NCBI GenBank assembly: GCA_965198115.1 | Contig: OZ240241.1 | Span: 2,304,001 to 2,368,000 of the forward strand | DNA from: Candidatus Latescibacterota bacterium | GTDB taxonomy: Bacteria; Latescibacterota; UBA2968 | Reading direction: 5' to 3' | Length of the DNA stretch: 64,000 bases | Shown: piece after piece, positions 1 through 9,245 of the stretch | Position numbering within the stretch: position 1 is the stretch's first letter | How the letters are laid out: every line of letters starts with the position of its first letter | Position numbers and translations under genes: made by a program | Notes under the pieces: model-generated | What the model was told of the DNA's origin: nothing | Database searches by the model: none | Seen by the model: only the letters and a program-made list of their open reading frames with translations

Positions 1-661
1 CCTTTGCTACATCGTAAACCGCAAGCACGTCGTTCCCGTCAACAATCGCGCTCGGAAGCCCGTATGCCGGCCCACGGTTACCCACGTCGGGGTTAGCCGA
101 GGCATTGTCGAACGGCATCTCCGTCGCAAACTGATTGTTCTCGCAAACGAAGACCACAGGCAGATCCCAGATCGTCGCCAGGTTGATGCCCTCGTGGAAG
201 GCGCCGTTCCCCACGGCCCCATCCCCGAAGAACGCAACCCCGATCTGATCCTTCTTCAAGAGCTGGAAGGAATAGCCCGCTCCCGTTGCCTGCAGAATGC
301 TCGGACCCACGATGCCGCTCGTGCCCATCAACCCCACCTCGGGCGCAAACAGATGCATGCTGCCGCCGCGGCCTTGCGCGCAACCGGATTGCCGACCCAT
401 CAGCTCGGCCGCCACGGCTCTTGGAGCCACTCCCTTCGCGAGCGCGTGCCCGTGACCCCGGTGGGTGCTGAACACGGCATCGCCACCATTCAGGTGCGCG
501 CAGACTCCAACCGCAATCGCTTCTTCTCCCACATAAGTATGGCACGCGCCCGGAATCAGACCTGAAGCGTGTGCTTCTGCGAAACGTTCCTCACAGCCCC
601 TGATCTGAGCCATCTCCCGGTAGAGCGACAGCAGCGTATCCTTGGACAACGTCGTTTCCAT
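1..661 (-). CDS. ThDP-dependent 2-oxoacid/acetoin dehydrogenase E1 alpha subunit (runs off window start)
   Basis: Manual translation: METTLSKDTLLSLYREMAQIRGCEERF..GACHTYVGEEAIAVG..FFGDGAVGNGAFHEGINLATIWDLPVVFVCENNQFA (GDG..NN ThDP motif). Not in the ORF track because it has no stop in the window. Confidence 0.9.
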   Translation of the reverse strand, partial: METTLSKDTLLSLYREMAQIRGCEERFAEAHASGLIPGACHTYVGEEAIAVGVCAHLNGGDAVFSTHRGHGHALAKGVAPRAVAAELMGRQSGCAQGRGGSMHLFAPEVGLMGTSGIVGPSILQATGAGYSFQLLKKDQIGVAFFGDGAVGNGAFHEGINLATIWDLPVVFVCENNQFATEMPFDNASANPDVGNRGPAYGLPSAIVDGNDVLAVYDVAK

Positions 662-747
662 ACCAGATCCTGTCTGTGTCGTTTTAGGTTCTTTCACGCA
701 GAAGTGTGGATGGCCGCCATATCTCCAGGTAATCTTCATTTCGCGTC

Positions 748-771
748 TTCTCTTTTGTGACCAAAAGAGAA
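748..771. promoter_or_regulatory. Perfect palindrome TTCTCTTTTG-TGAC-CAAAAGAGAA upstream of E1 alpha (operator or hairpin)
   Basis: 10-bp arms with a 4-nt spacer, seen directly; function inferred. Confidence 0.4.
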
Positions 772-777
772 ACAGAA

Positions 778-1020
778 AAGTCCCGCTCAAGCGCCGCGGG
801 GGCTTGTGGCCCACGCCGGCAGTACGATCGAGGACGGTGACGACACCTGTGACAACCCCGAAGTGCCTCCCCCCCAACCCTATCCCCCCTGGAGTTGAAG
901 GCGCGACGTTGCTCGCTGCCGCCTTTACCTGGGCCGCTATCACGTGGGGTGACAGGCTTTTCAACCGTCTTTAGGAGCGCCTGGTTCCGATCTATCCCAC
1001 TAACTAAAGCGTGAGGGACC
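778..1020. ncRNA. Candidate structured non-coding RNA / leader
   Basis: Several nested complementary segments (gtccc/gggac, ggccca/tgggcc, cggcag/ctgccg, aaggcg/cgcctt, gtggg/cccac); no credible ORF. Confidence 0.35.
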
Positions 1021-1030
1021 TCTTTTTAAT

Positions 1031-1646
1031 GGCTATATCCGGATCTCTCAACGAGATGAAGTGGGTGAAGGTGCCGTGGTTCCTGGCATGGGGGCGCGGT
1101 TAGAGTGTGCGGAACCTCTTCGGAATCTGCTCAGGGATGTTTATGTCTCCGACGGTAAGGAAGATCATATCGTTGAATGCGTCGAGTGTGCGGAATCCGC
1201 TGGCTCGGTTCTTGACGATTTGGACGATTCGGTTGAGGCCTTCGGCGATGGCGTTGGTAAGACGCGTGTTCACGAATGCGAGGACGCCGAAGAAGTGCTG
1301 TCGCAGGGTCCTGACGAACTTTCGCAGGGGTTCAAGTCGACTTCTGAGTGCGGACGTCGTCCAGCATTTCAGGAAGCGTTCGGCAGCCCAGGGCGCTTTG
1401 TATTCCCAGAACTGCTCGAACTCGTCCTTGAGTCTCCAGGCTCTATAGATTCGGTAGTTCGCCTCCTCAAACCACCAGCTGACAACACGGAACCCCTTGA
1501 ATCTCAGCAGTTTCGATAGTAATCTGCTCCCGGTCATAGGTCGCACCCCCTTCGCTTTGATTGTCCTACACACACAACCAAGCGTAGGGAACGATCTATG
1601 ACCTTGTCATTCTATAGTTTCACCGTTGAGAAACCCGGATAGAGCC
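1031..1646 (-). mobile_element. ISL3 mini-copy (804-bp in-frame internal deletion; 157-aa ORF 1100..1573)
   Basis: Both IRs present (GGCTCTATCCGGGTTTCTCAACG / GGCTATATCCGGATCTCTCAACG), flanked by direct repeat CTTTTTAAT; near-identical to 26932..28351. Confidence 0.92.
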
Positions 1647-1654
1647 CTTTTTAA

Positions 1655-2476
1655 TCAGGTTTGTTCAGCCGGTGCACCCGGCATCCCGGGATGCGATCCG
1701 CCGGCGTTCTTGGCCAGGTTGCCCCCGTCCAACGGAATCATCGCTCCCGTGACGAAAGACGACGCGTCGGAGGCCAGGAAGATCGCCAGCCCCTTGATTT
1801 CTTCGGGCTCGCCCAGCCGGCCGATCGGGATTCCCCGCAGATACGTCTCGCCCAGAACAGCGTCTGCACTTATCCGTACACGCAACTCGTCGTTCATGAT
1901 CTGTGCACATACGATCGCGTTGACACGAACGCCTTTGGCCGCCCACTCCGTGCTCAGCTCCCGCGTCATCTGAGCGGCACCGCCCATGGCGATGCTGTAA
2001 ACGAGGTGACTCCGTCCCAGCGCCGTGAGACCGGCGATCGACACGAGGTTGATGATGCTGCCCCGACCGGCTTCCAGCATGCGTTTGCCGGCTTCCTGGC
2101 AGCTGACTAGGCGCCCAACTACCAGATTCCGCAGTGTGAACTCCAGATCCGCCTCGGTCACCTTCAGCGGTGCGTCGCGCTTCGAGGCGCCCGCGATGTT
2201 GGCCAGGACGTCAAGTCGCCCCCATTCACGATCTACCTGCTGATACATGCTTCGAATCACGTCGGGGTCGGACATGTCGCACACGACGGGCAACGCGCGT
2301 CGACCGAGCGCTTCGATCTCCTCTCCGGTCCGCTGCGCGCCCTCCGCATCGATATCGGCGAGCACGATGTCCGCGCCTACTTCGGCCAGACCCATCGCAA
2401 TGGCCTTTCCGAGCCCACTCGCGGCGCCTGAAACGATAGCCACGCGGTCGGTCAGGTCAAACAGTGGATGTGCCAC
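1655..2476 (-). CDS. SDR family oxidoreductase (atypical YxxxM)
   Basis: SGAASGLG Rossmann motif, NIAG, YSIAM, DGG. Confidence 0.9.
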   Translation of the reverse strand: MAHPLFDLTDRVAIVSGAASGLGKAIAMGLAEVGADIVLADIDAEGAQRTGEEIEALGRRALPVVCDMSDPDVIRSMYQQVDREWGRLDVLANIAGASKRDAPLKVTEADLEFTLRNLVVGRLVSCQEAGKRMLEAGRGSIINLVSIAGLTALGRSHLVYSIAMGGAAQMTRELSTEWAAKGVRVNAIVCAQIMNDELRVRISADAVLGETYLRGIPIGRLGEPEEIKGLAIFLASDASSFVTGAMIPLDGGNLAKNAGGSHPGMPGAPAEQT

Positions 2477-2741
2477 ATTCAGGGCCCTCCAGGTCGATCG
2501 AAATCTTCGAAGATTTCTTGGCTTCGGGTTATTAGATTCATCCCTTCAGACGCGGTATTTAATGAGGCACCGACGGACGGGTCAAGTCTCATCGCGGCGA
2601 TGCCCGCCACACGACCGAAGGACCGCATGCCACCACTGGATACCCAATCGCGGCTTGAGCAGTTCGACATCCTGACATTCGGCGTCTTTCCGCCCTTGTC
2701 AGAGGATGAGGCGATGGATCAGGAACTAGGAGAACTCGATT

Positions 2742-3689
2742 ATGGCCGAAGGTAAACTGACGGGCAAAGTCGCCATCGTCACGGGCGGAGCGACGGGTAT
2801 CGGCGGGGGTATCGCGGACAAGCTCGTGGTAGATGGATCGCGAGTCCTGATCGTCGACATCGACGAGGCCGGTGCGGCCGCACGAGCGAAGCAGATCCAG
2901 GACGCAGGTGGTGAGGCGACCAGCATGGTCGGTGACGTCTCCACCGAGGAAGTCGCGAAAGCGATGGTAGAGCGCGCCGTCAGCGAGTTCGGCCGTCTCG
3001 ACATCCTCGTGCAGAATGCCTACGGCGTCATCGGTCTCCAGGATGGCAGCGCCCTGGAAACGACCGTCGAGAGCTGGCACAAGGGGATGAACCTTCTCGT
3101 GATGGCGCATTTCCTGGGAGCCAAATACGGCGTGCCAGCGATGCAGGAATCTGGGCCTCCCGATGGATACGATCCCGGCCCGTGGCAAGGCAAAGGCCTG
3201 CGTCACGGTACGCCTCCGCCATCGGAGATCGGACGGATCATCAACATCTCATCCGTGCACGGTTTGCTGCAGGCCGCCGGAACCATGGTCTACGAAACCG
3301 GCAAAGCCGCCGTCAACGGCCTGACGCGTCAGATGGCCATCGACTTCGGTCCGCTCGGGATCACCGTCAACGCCATCGCCCCAGGACACATGGTGACCGA
3401 AAACCTGGAAAAACTGTGGGCGGATGTCGCCAACGAAGCCGGCTTTCATCTCGAGGAGCTCCAGTATCCGGTCCGCAGAACCGGAACACCGGAAGACATC
3501 GGGAACGCCGTTTCGTTCCTGTGCTCGGAAGAGGCCGCTTTCATCACTGGTGTCGTACTCCCGGTCGATGGCGGTTTGAGCATTCAGCTCCAGGAGAACA
3601 TCGTCCTGGAGTTGAAGAACTACATTCAGGAGAATCCGGGGCTCAAAACGTTCTTCGACGGCGGCTTCGGCACCGGCGACCGACGGTAG
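2742..3689 (+). CDS. SDR family oxidoreductase with ~25-aa Pro/Gly insertion
   Basis: TGGATGIG, NISS, YETGK, VDGG; RBS AGGAG. Confidence 0.9.
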   Translation: MAEGKLTGKVAIVTGGATGIGGGIADKLVVDGSRVLIVDIDEAGAAARAKQIQDAGGEATSMVGDVSTEEVAKAMVERAVSEFGRLDILVQNAYGVIGLQDGSALETTVESWHKGMNLLVMAHFLGAKYGVPAMQESGPPDGYDPGPWQGKGLRHGTPPPSEIGRIINISSVHGLLQAAGTMVYETGKAAVNGLTRQMAIDFGPLGITVNAIAPGHMVTENLEKLWADVANEAGFHLEELQYPVRRTGTPEDIGNAVSFLCSEEAAFITGVVLPVDGGLSIQLQENIVLELKNYIQENPGLKTFFDGGFGTGDRR

Positions 3690-4083
3690 TCTATACGTCG
3701 CCAGGGAAACTGTGGCTGATAACGATCGTCTGGAGCTGAGATCCCTGGGGCAGCCTGATCTGTATCCATCGTCGCGACGAGGACCAACCGGATGAGTGTT
3801 CAAACAGCAAAACCAAAACCCGGTTCGCCCTGTCCCAATGGTGGCACAATCTCCAAGTGCTCCCGATCGGGAACTCATCGCTGGAAGAGACCGAATCTTT
3901 CGTGTCGTCACAGTGTCCGGGTTCCCGATCGTCAACCCTACCCCAGACTGCATCGTCCCGCACACACTTGGACCCTCACCAGATCCTCCCTCTTTCCTGA
4001 AAACCGACGATGGGCTCGTCCTGAACCTCTGTCTATCCATCGGAGTTGCGGCGAGGGGAACGCGACGACCGAGTTAACCTCTC

Positions 4084-5514
4084 GTGTCTGACGAACTGTC
4101 CGGTTACGATCTGTTGGGACAAGCCGAACTGGTCCATAACGGATCCCTATCCCCGCTCGAACTCGTCGATGCGGCCATCGCACGGGTCGAACGGGCCAAC
4201 CCGAAACTCAACGCTGTCGTCATCCCCCTGTTCGATTCGGCCCGTGACGCCGCGCGGCAGCCCCTACCCGACGGCCCGTTCAAAGGCGTTCCTTACCTGC
4301 TCAAGGATCTGATCGCCACGTGTGAGGGTGTCCGGCAGACCTCCGGATCGGTCGTGCTCAAGGATGTCGTCGCCGATCGCGACTCTGAATTAGTGAAACG
4401 CCTGAAGCGGTCCGGCCTGATCATCCTCGGCAAAACGAACACACCCGAGCTCGGCTGCCACGTCACCACCGAACCCCGCCTCTTCGGGCCGACGCGCAAC
4501 CCCTGGGATACGAACTTCATCGCGGGAGGCTCCAGCGGAGGGTCGGCCGCCGCGGTTGCGGCTGGAATGGTCCCCGCCGCTCACGCCAACGATGGCGGTG
4601 GATCGATCCGCATCCCCGCCTCTTGCTGCGGGGTCTTCGGACTCAAACCCACCCGAGCGCGTATTCCACTCGAGCCCGAAGCAGGGAGTCTGGCCAGTGG
4701 CACGGTGGTCGAACACGCGATCACGCGCTCTGTTCGGGACAGCGCTGCGCTGCTCGACGCCACGGCAGGACCTGCGCCGGGCGACCCCTACGCCGCTCCC
4801 CCACCGACGCGTCCGTTTCGTCAAGAAGTGGGATCTGGCCCGGGCACCCTCCGGATCGCCTTCTCCACGCAGCCCCCTTTCGGCGGCGACCCCCATCCGG
4901 ATTGCATCCGAGCCGTCGAAGCCGCAACACAACTCTGCGCCGATCTGGGCCATATCGTCGAAGAGGCTACGCCGCCCGTGGATGGTGAACGTTTCCTCGC
5001 CGCCATCGATGTTTCAGCTTCCACATCGACCGTGAGAACCATCGATGCCCTCGCTCGAACCATGGCCCGGACGTTCACGGATGACGACTTGGATCCCCTG
5101 ACCTGGGTCATCTACGAAATCGGCAAAGGACACAGTGCCGCGGACTATCTCGAGGCCACGACGCGCCTCCAGCAGCTCGGTCGGACGATGGCCGATTTTC
5201 TGACGGACCACGATGTCTGGTTGACGCCGACTTTGCGTAAACCTCCGGTCCGATTGGGCGCATTCGATCGGCGGTCGGACGAGTCCGCCGTCGAATGGAA
5301 CCGCCGTGTTTGGTCCTATATCCCCTTCACTCCCATCTGCAACGCCTCGGGTCAGCCTGCGATAACCGTCCCGCTCCACTGGAATCAGGCGGGTCTACCC
5401 GTGGGCATCCACTTCGCTGGCCGGTATGGAGATGAAGCCACACTCCTGCGTCTGGCTGGACAGCTCGAAGAAGCCCGCCCGTGGAAGAATCGAAGTCCAG
5501 CTGTCTCTGCCTGA
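4084..5514 (+). CDS. Amidase (amidase-signature family)
   Basis: [28 protein letters not shown]. Confidence 0.93.
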   Translation: MSDELSGYDLLGQAELVHNGSLSPLELVDAAIARVERANPKLNAVVIPLFDSARDAARQPLPDGPFKGVPYLLKDLIATCEGVRQTSGSVVLKDVVADRDSELVKRLKRSGLIILGKTNTPELGCHVTTEPRLFGPTRNPWDTNFIAGGSSGGSAAAVAAGMVPAAHANDGGGSIRIPASCCGVFGLKPTRARIPLEPEAGSLASGTVVEHAITRSVRDSAALLDATAGPAPGDPYAAPPPTRPFRQEVGSGPGTLRIAFSTQPPFGGDPHPDCIRAVEAATQLCADLGHIVEEATPPVDGERFLAAIDVSASTSTVRTIDALARTMARTFTDDDLDPLTWVIYEIGKGHSAADYLEATTRLQQLGRTMADFLTDHDVWLTPTLRKPPVRLGAFDRRSDESAVEWNRRVWSYIPFTPICNASGQPAITVPLHWNQAGLPVGIHFAGRYGDEATLLRLAGQLEEARPWKNRSPAVSA

Positions 5515-5622
5515 CTCTTATGACCCAGTAAGTCTGTTTCGAAATCAGAGGATTTCAATATCTTGCCAGAGCCGAAACCCCGGTTCAGGGACCGAAAGAG
5601 TCACTGTCTGTGAGGAACCGTA

Positions 5623-6402
5623 ATGCCGACTACCTATGACACCGACCAGCTCCTCCAAGAATGGCGGATCAACGGATTCGTCGTCTTCGAAGATCTGATC
5701 CCCACTGAGACGATCGACCGCATCCGGGAAGCCTGGATCCCTATCCGGGAAGCGGGTGTCGAAGAACAAGGCCCGGAACCCGTCCGTGGAACGGGACGCT
5801 ACAACGTACGGGTACCCTTCCGAAGGCCCTTCGTCGATCCGGACATCTTCGAGCATCCCTCGCTCGTCAAGTTCCTCGAAGGCGCACTCGGAGAGGACTA
5901 TGTTTGGAATCACTTCGATTCCAACATTCCAATCGAAACCTGCCGCGACTATCAGCGTTGGCATCGGGATACGCGAATCCCATTCCCGGGCCTGATGACG
6001 CCCTCCTACACGGTCGGCATCAAGTTTCCCCTTGTTGACACGAATGAAGAAAACGGAAGCATAGAGGTCTTGCCGGGAACGCAGTTTATCTCGGACAGTG
6101 ACCTTCAGGACGACCTGGATCGCGTCTTCGGCAAAGGAGAAAACAGGCGCGGGCGCTATTCATCCGTGCGTCTCAACCTGAAAAAGGGCTCAATCTGGAT
6201 CCACGACGCGCGCGTTTTCCACCGTGGGACGCCCAACTACACTGACGTCCCTCGCGACGAGCTTTGTATGCCGATGAGTCGTCCGTGGCTCTTCAATAAA
6301 TGGCAGTGCGAACACACGGAGCCCCACTTTCCACGCGATCTGTGGGAGAGTTTGTCCAATCACGCACGCCACGTTCTGCGCCGGCAACGCGTAAAGGACT
6401 AA
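5623..6402 (+). CDS. Phytanoyl-CoA dioxygenase (PhyH) family protein
   Basis: NGFVV, WHRD, NGSIEVLPGT, FHRGTPN. Confidence 0.88.
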   Translation: MPTTYDTDQLLQEWRINGFVVFEDLIPTETIDRIREAWIPIREAGVEEQGPEPVRGTGRYNVRVPFRRPFVDPDIFEHPSLVKFLEGALGEDYVWNHFDSNIPIETCRDYQRWHRDTRIPFPGLMTPSYTVGIKFPLVDTNEENGSIEVLPGTQFISDSDLQDDLDRVFGKGENRRGRYSSVRLNLKKGSIWIHDARVFHRGTPNYTDVPRDELCMPMSRPWLFNKWQCEHTEPHFPRDLWESLSNHARHVLRRQRVKD

Positions 6403-6431
6403 CAGATCACATAACCCGAGAAGGAAACCCC

Positions 6432-7211
6432 GTGCCATCCACTTATGATACCGATCAGCTTCTGGAGGAATGGCGGATCAACGGATTCGTCGTATTCGAG
6501 GACATCATCCCGGAAGAAACGATCGACCGAATCCGTGAAGCCTGGATCCCTATACGGGAGCAGGACGTGAACGATCAAGGTCCGCTTCCGTCCCGAGGAG
6601 AAGGACGCTACAGCGTACGCGTACCGTTCGAACAACCCTTCGTGGATCCGGAGATCTTCGAGCATCCCAGGTTAGTCGAGTTCCTCGCAGAGATTCTGGG
6701 TGACGATTACGTCTGGGCGCATTTCGACTCGAATGTCCCTTTGCCATCCTGTCGCGACTACCAGAATTGGCACCGGGATTGTCCTCCCCTTTTCCCCGGA
6801 GTCGTGACCCCGGCTTACGACATTGGGGTGAAGTTCCCGCTCGTGGATACGAGTGAAGGAAACGGCAGTATCGAGGTGATTCCTGGGACCCAATATGTGA
6901 CCGACATCGAGCCTCACTGGGATCAGGATCATATTTTCGGCAATGACGCCGAGCCCCGTGGTCGGTATTCGTCGAGCCGTCTCAATCTCAAGAAAGGCTC
7001 CATTTGGCTCCAGGATCCCAGGGTATTCCATCGGGGCACTCCCAACTACTCCGACGTTCCCCGCGATGAACTCTGTATGGGCATGTCCCAGGCGTGGTAC
7101 TTCAGCCAGTGGCAACACGAATACACCGAACCGCACTTCCCTCGCGATTTGTGGGAGAGTCTGTCCGATCACGCACGTCAGGTACTGCGATGGCAGAGGG
7201 TGAAGGATTAG
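6432..7211 (+). CDS. PhyH family protein, tandem paralog of 5623..6402
   Basis: GTG start at 6432 gives the same 259-aa length; WHRD, FHRGTPN. Confidence 0.88.
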   Translation: MPSTYDTDQLLEEWRINGFVVFEDIIPEETIDRIREAWIPIREQDVNDQGPLPSRGEGRYSVRVPFEQPFVDPEIFEHPRLVEFLAEILGDDYVWAHFDSNVPLPSCRDYQNWHRDCPPLFPGVVTPAYDIGVKFPLVDTSEGNGSIEVIPGTQYVTDIEPHWDQDHIFGNDAEPRGRYSSSRLNLKKGSIWLQDPRVFHRGTPNYSDVPRDELCMGMSQAWYFSQWQHEYTEPHFPRDLWESLSDHARQVLRWQRVKD

Positions 7212-7260
7212 GAACCACCGAGCACACAGAGGGTTGCGTCTATCCGAAAAAACGGACGGC

Positions 7261-7355
7261 GTCAGTTCGAGCGAAGTCGAGAACACGCCTATTGCCAAAC
7301 GCGACCAAGGACTTCCCGAAAAACCGACACTTCGACTCGCGCTCAGTGTGACGGT
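7261..7355. repeat. REP-like palindrome pair (GTCAGTTCGAGCGAAGTCGAGAAC and ACCGACACTTCGACTCGCGCTCAGTGTGACGGT)
   Basis: Second unit recurs at 41634 and 48058; first unit recurs at ~51048. Confidence 0.7.
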
Positions 7356-7384
7356 GTTGTTGTCATTCATGAAAATGAGGAAAA

Positions 7385-8165
7385 ATGCTATCGGTTCTAA
7401 AGAACAAAGTAGCCGTCGTGACAGGTGGAAGCCGTGGGATTGGGAAGGCGACTGCCCATCGGCTGGCTAAGGAAGGGTGCGACATCCTGCTCGTCGCTCA
7501 AACGCCCGGAAACCTCGAGAACGCTTCGAAGGAGATCTCGGAAACGGGTAGACGCATCGAAGTTTGTGCGACCGACCTCAGAACACTCGAAGGCTGTGAC
7601 GTGGTGTTGTCCGCCCTCGAATCCACGTTCGGCAACGTCGACATCCTGATCAATTGTGCCGGGGCAACCAAGGGAGGACTCTTTCTCGAGACACCCGACG
7701 AGCTCTGGCAGGATGGGTTCGCGTTGAAATTTTACGGGGCTGTCCGCGTGACGAGACTTCTCTGGCCCAGGCTCAAGGAGAGGCGCCGTCGTCAACATCA
7801 TCGGAGGGTTCGCGCGAACACCCGATCCAGACTTCATGATCGGGGGCGCCGTCAACGCCGCGTTCGCCAATTTCAGCAAGGCCCTCGCGGGGCTCGGTCT
7901 CCGCGACGACGTGAACGTCAACGCCATCCACCCCGGTATCACGATCACCGATCGAATGGAGGAGCTGTTCGAAGGACGTGCGAAACTCGCCAACACGACG
8001 GTCGAAGAGGCCAAACGAGCCGCGATGGAGCGGGACGGCACCCGCCGACTGGGCCAACCAGAGGATGTCGCCGAGCTCGCGTGTTTTCTGTGCTTGCCGC
8101 AAGCGAGACATCTTCAGGGAACGGCGATTTCCGTGGATGGGGGTTCAACGGCGGGCGTGTACTAG
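7385..8165 (+). pseudogene. SDR oxidoreductase, frameshifted near 7780
   Basis: TGGSRGIG N-half in ORF 7385; C-half (VNAIHPG..ISVDGG) in ORF 7836..8165, a different frame. Confidence 0.85.
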
Positions 8166-8168
8166 TGT

Positions 8169-8191
8169 GCCCCCGTGCAGAGCACGGGGGC
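8169..8191. terminator. Perfect 10-bp hairpin GCCCCCGTGC-AGA-GCACGGGGGC after the SDR
   Basis: Seen directly; no T tract. Confidence 0.4.
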
Positions 8192-8262
8192 GAGCGTGTC
8201 GCAAGTTGATTACGGGCGGGCAGGAGCCCGCACCCACGCGATCCGGAATAGCAGGAGAAGCG

Positions 8263-9153
8263 ATGCCGCACTACTCAGACGTTCCGTTCGTTCTCAACAA
8301 AGACCTCGGGCGTCCGCAATTGCCGACGGAGGATGCCTACTGTAGGGTCGACTCCGAGGGCAGACCGGTCCCCGAACTGACCACTGAGGAAAAATATGCG
8401 TTCGACCTTCGCGGCTGGCTGCTCATTCCCAGCGTGACCCAGGATGAGATGGGGCCGATGCGCGAGCACCTCCGGCAACTTCACGAAGACGAAGAGTCCA
8501 TCCCCGAGAAGGATCGATCCTCGCTCGGTGGGCCTTGCGTCAGCCTGATCGATCATCCCGTCGTCGTCGCATTCATGAACGAGTTCGTCTACAACCCGTT
8601 CACCGACGGCACGAAGACCCCGCCGCTGGGGAATCAGAAGTGCTATGGTTTCCGGATGGAGTATAGCTTTTCTCAGTACCGTACCGCAGGAGACGGCAAG
8701 TTCGTGCCGCACAACGGTGGAGGTATGATGCGCGTACCCGGCGACCACCATACCTACCACGCATTCCCGGGTTACGCCAAGTCAGTCCTCACACGCGCGT
8801 TGTGGGAACTCAACCCTGTCCAGGAAAGCAAAGGCGGCACACTCTTCGTCAGCGGGAGTCATAAAGCCGCCTTCCCCGCGCCCGAAGAGGAGATCGAGAA
8901 AATGGACTCTCCCTTTTGGGATACGTATGCGTGTCCAGCGGGATCCGTTCTCTTCTTCACCGAAGCCGTCACACACAGCTCTTCCATCTGGACGGACGAA
9001 GCAAATCCACGTATCGCGATTTTCAATTCTTACAACATGATCGGGAGCAAGTGGCACAACTGGGATCCGCATCCGGATCTGGTGGCAGAGATGCCTGCGC
9101 AACGTCAGTCCCTTTTCCGACCGGTTTACGTGAGCGGGAATGTCGTGGGATAA
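8263..9153 (+). CDS. PhyH-like Fe/2OG enzyme with HxG motif
   Basis: EKYAFDLRGWL, PHNGG, GGTLFVSGSHK, FTEAVTH; RBS AGGAG before ATG 8263. Confidence 0.8.
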   Translation: MPHYSDVPFVLNKDLGRPQLPTEDAYCRVDSEGRPVPELTTEEKYAFDLRGWLLIPSVTQDEMGPMREHLRQLHEDEESIPEKDRSSLGGPCVSLIDHPVVVAFMNEFVYNPFTDGTKTPPLGNQKCYGFRMEYSFSQYRTAGDGKFVPHNGGGMMRVPGDHHTYHAFPGYAKSVLTRALWELNPVQESKGGTLFVSGSHKAAFPAPEEEIEKMDSPFWDTYACPAGSVLFFTEAVTHSSSIWTDEANPRIAIFNSYNMIGSKWHNWDPHPDLVAEMPAQRQSLFRPVYVSGNVVG

Positions 9154-9188
9154 GGCCACCGCTGAAAGCGAGGCGCGCAGACCAAAAT

Positions 9189-9219
9189 GGACCCCGGTTA
9201 AGAAGCATACCGGGGTGAC
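9189..9219. repeat. REP-like hairpin GGACCCCGGTTAAGAAGCATACCGGGGTGAC
   Basis: 8-bp stem; related copies at 61415 and 61510. Confidence 0.6.
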
Positions 9220-9245
9220 AATCGCTTTTTTCTGAGGGAGTACAT

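Noticed and set aside
5623-7211. DGR-like template/variable repeat pairing among duplicated genes (also 52026-58274)
   Set aside because: Differences are spread over all bases and many appear synonymous; no reverse transcriptase is present
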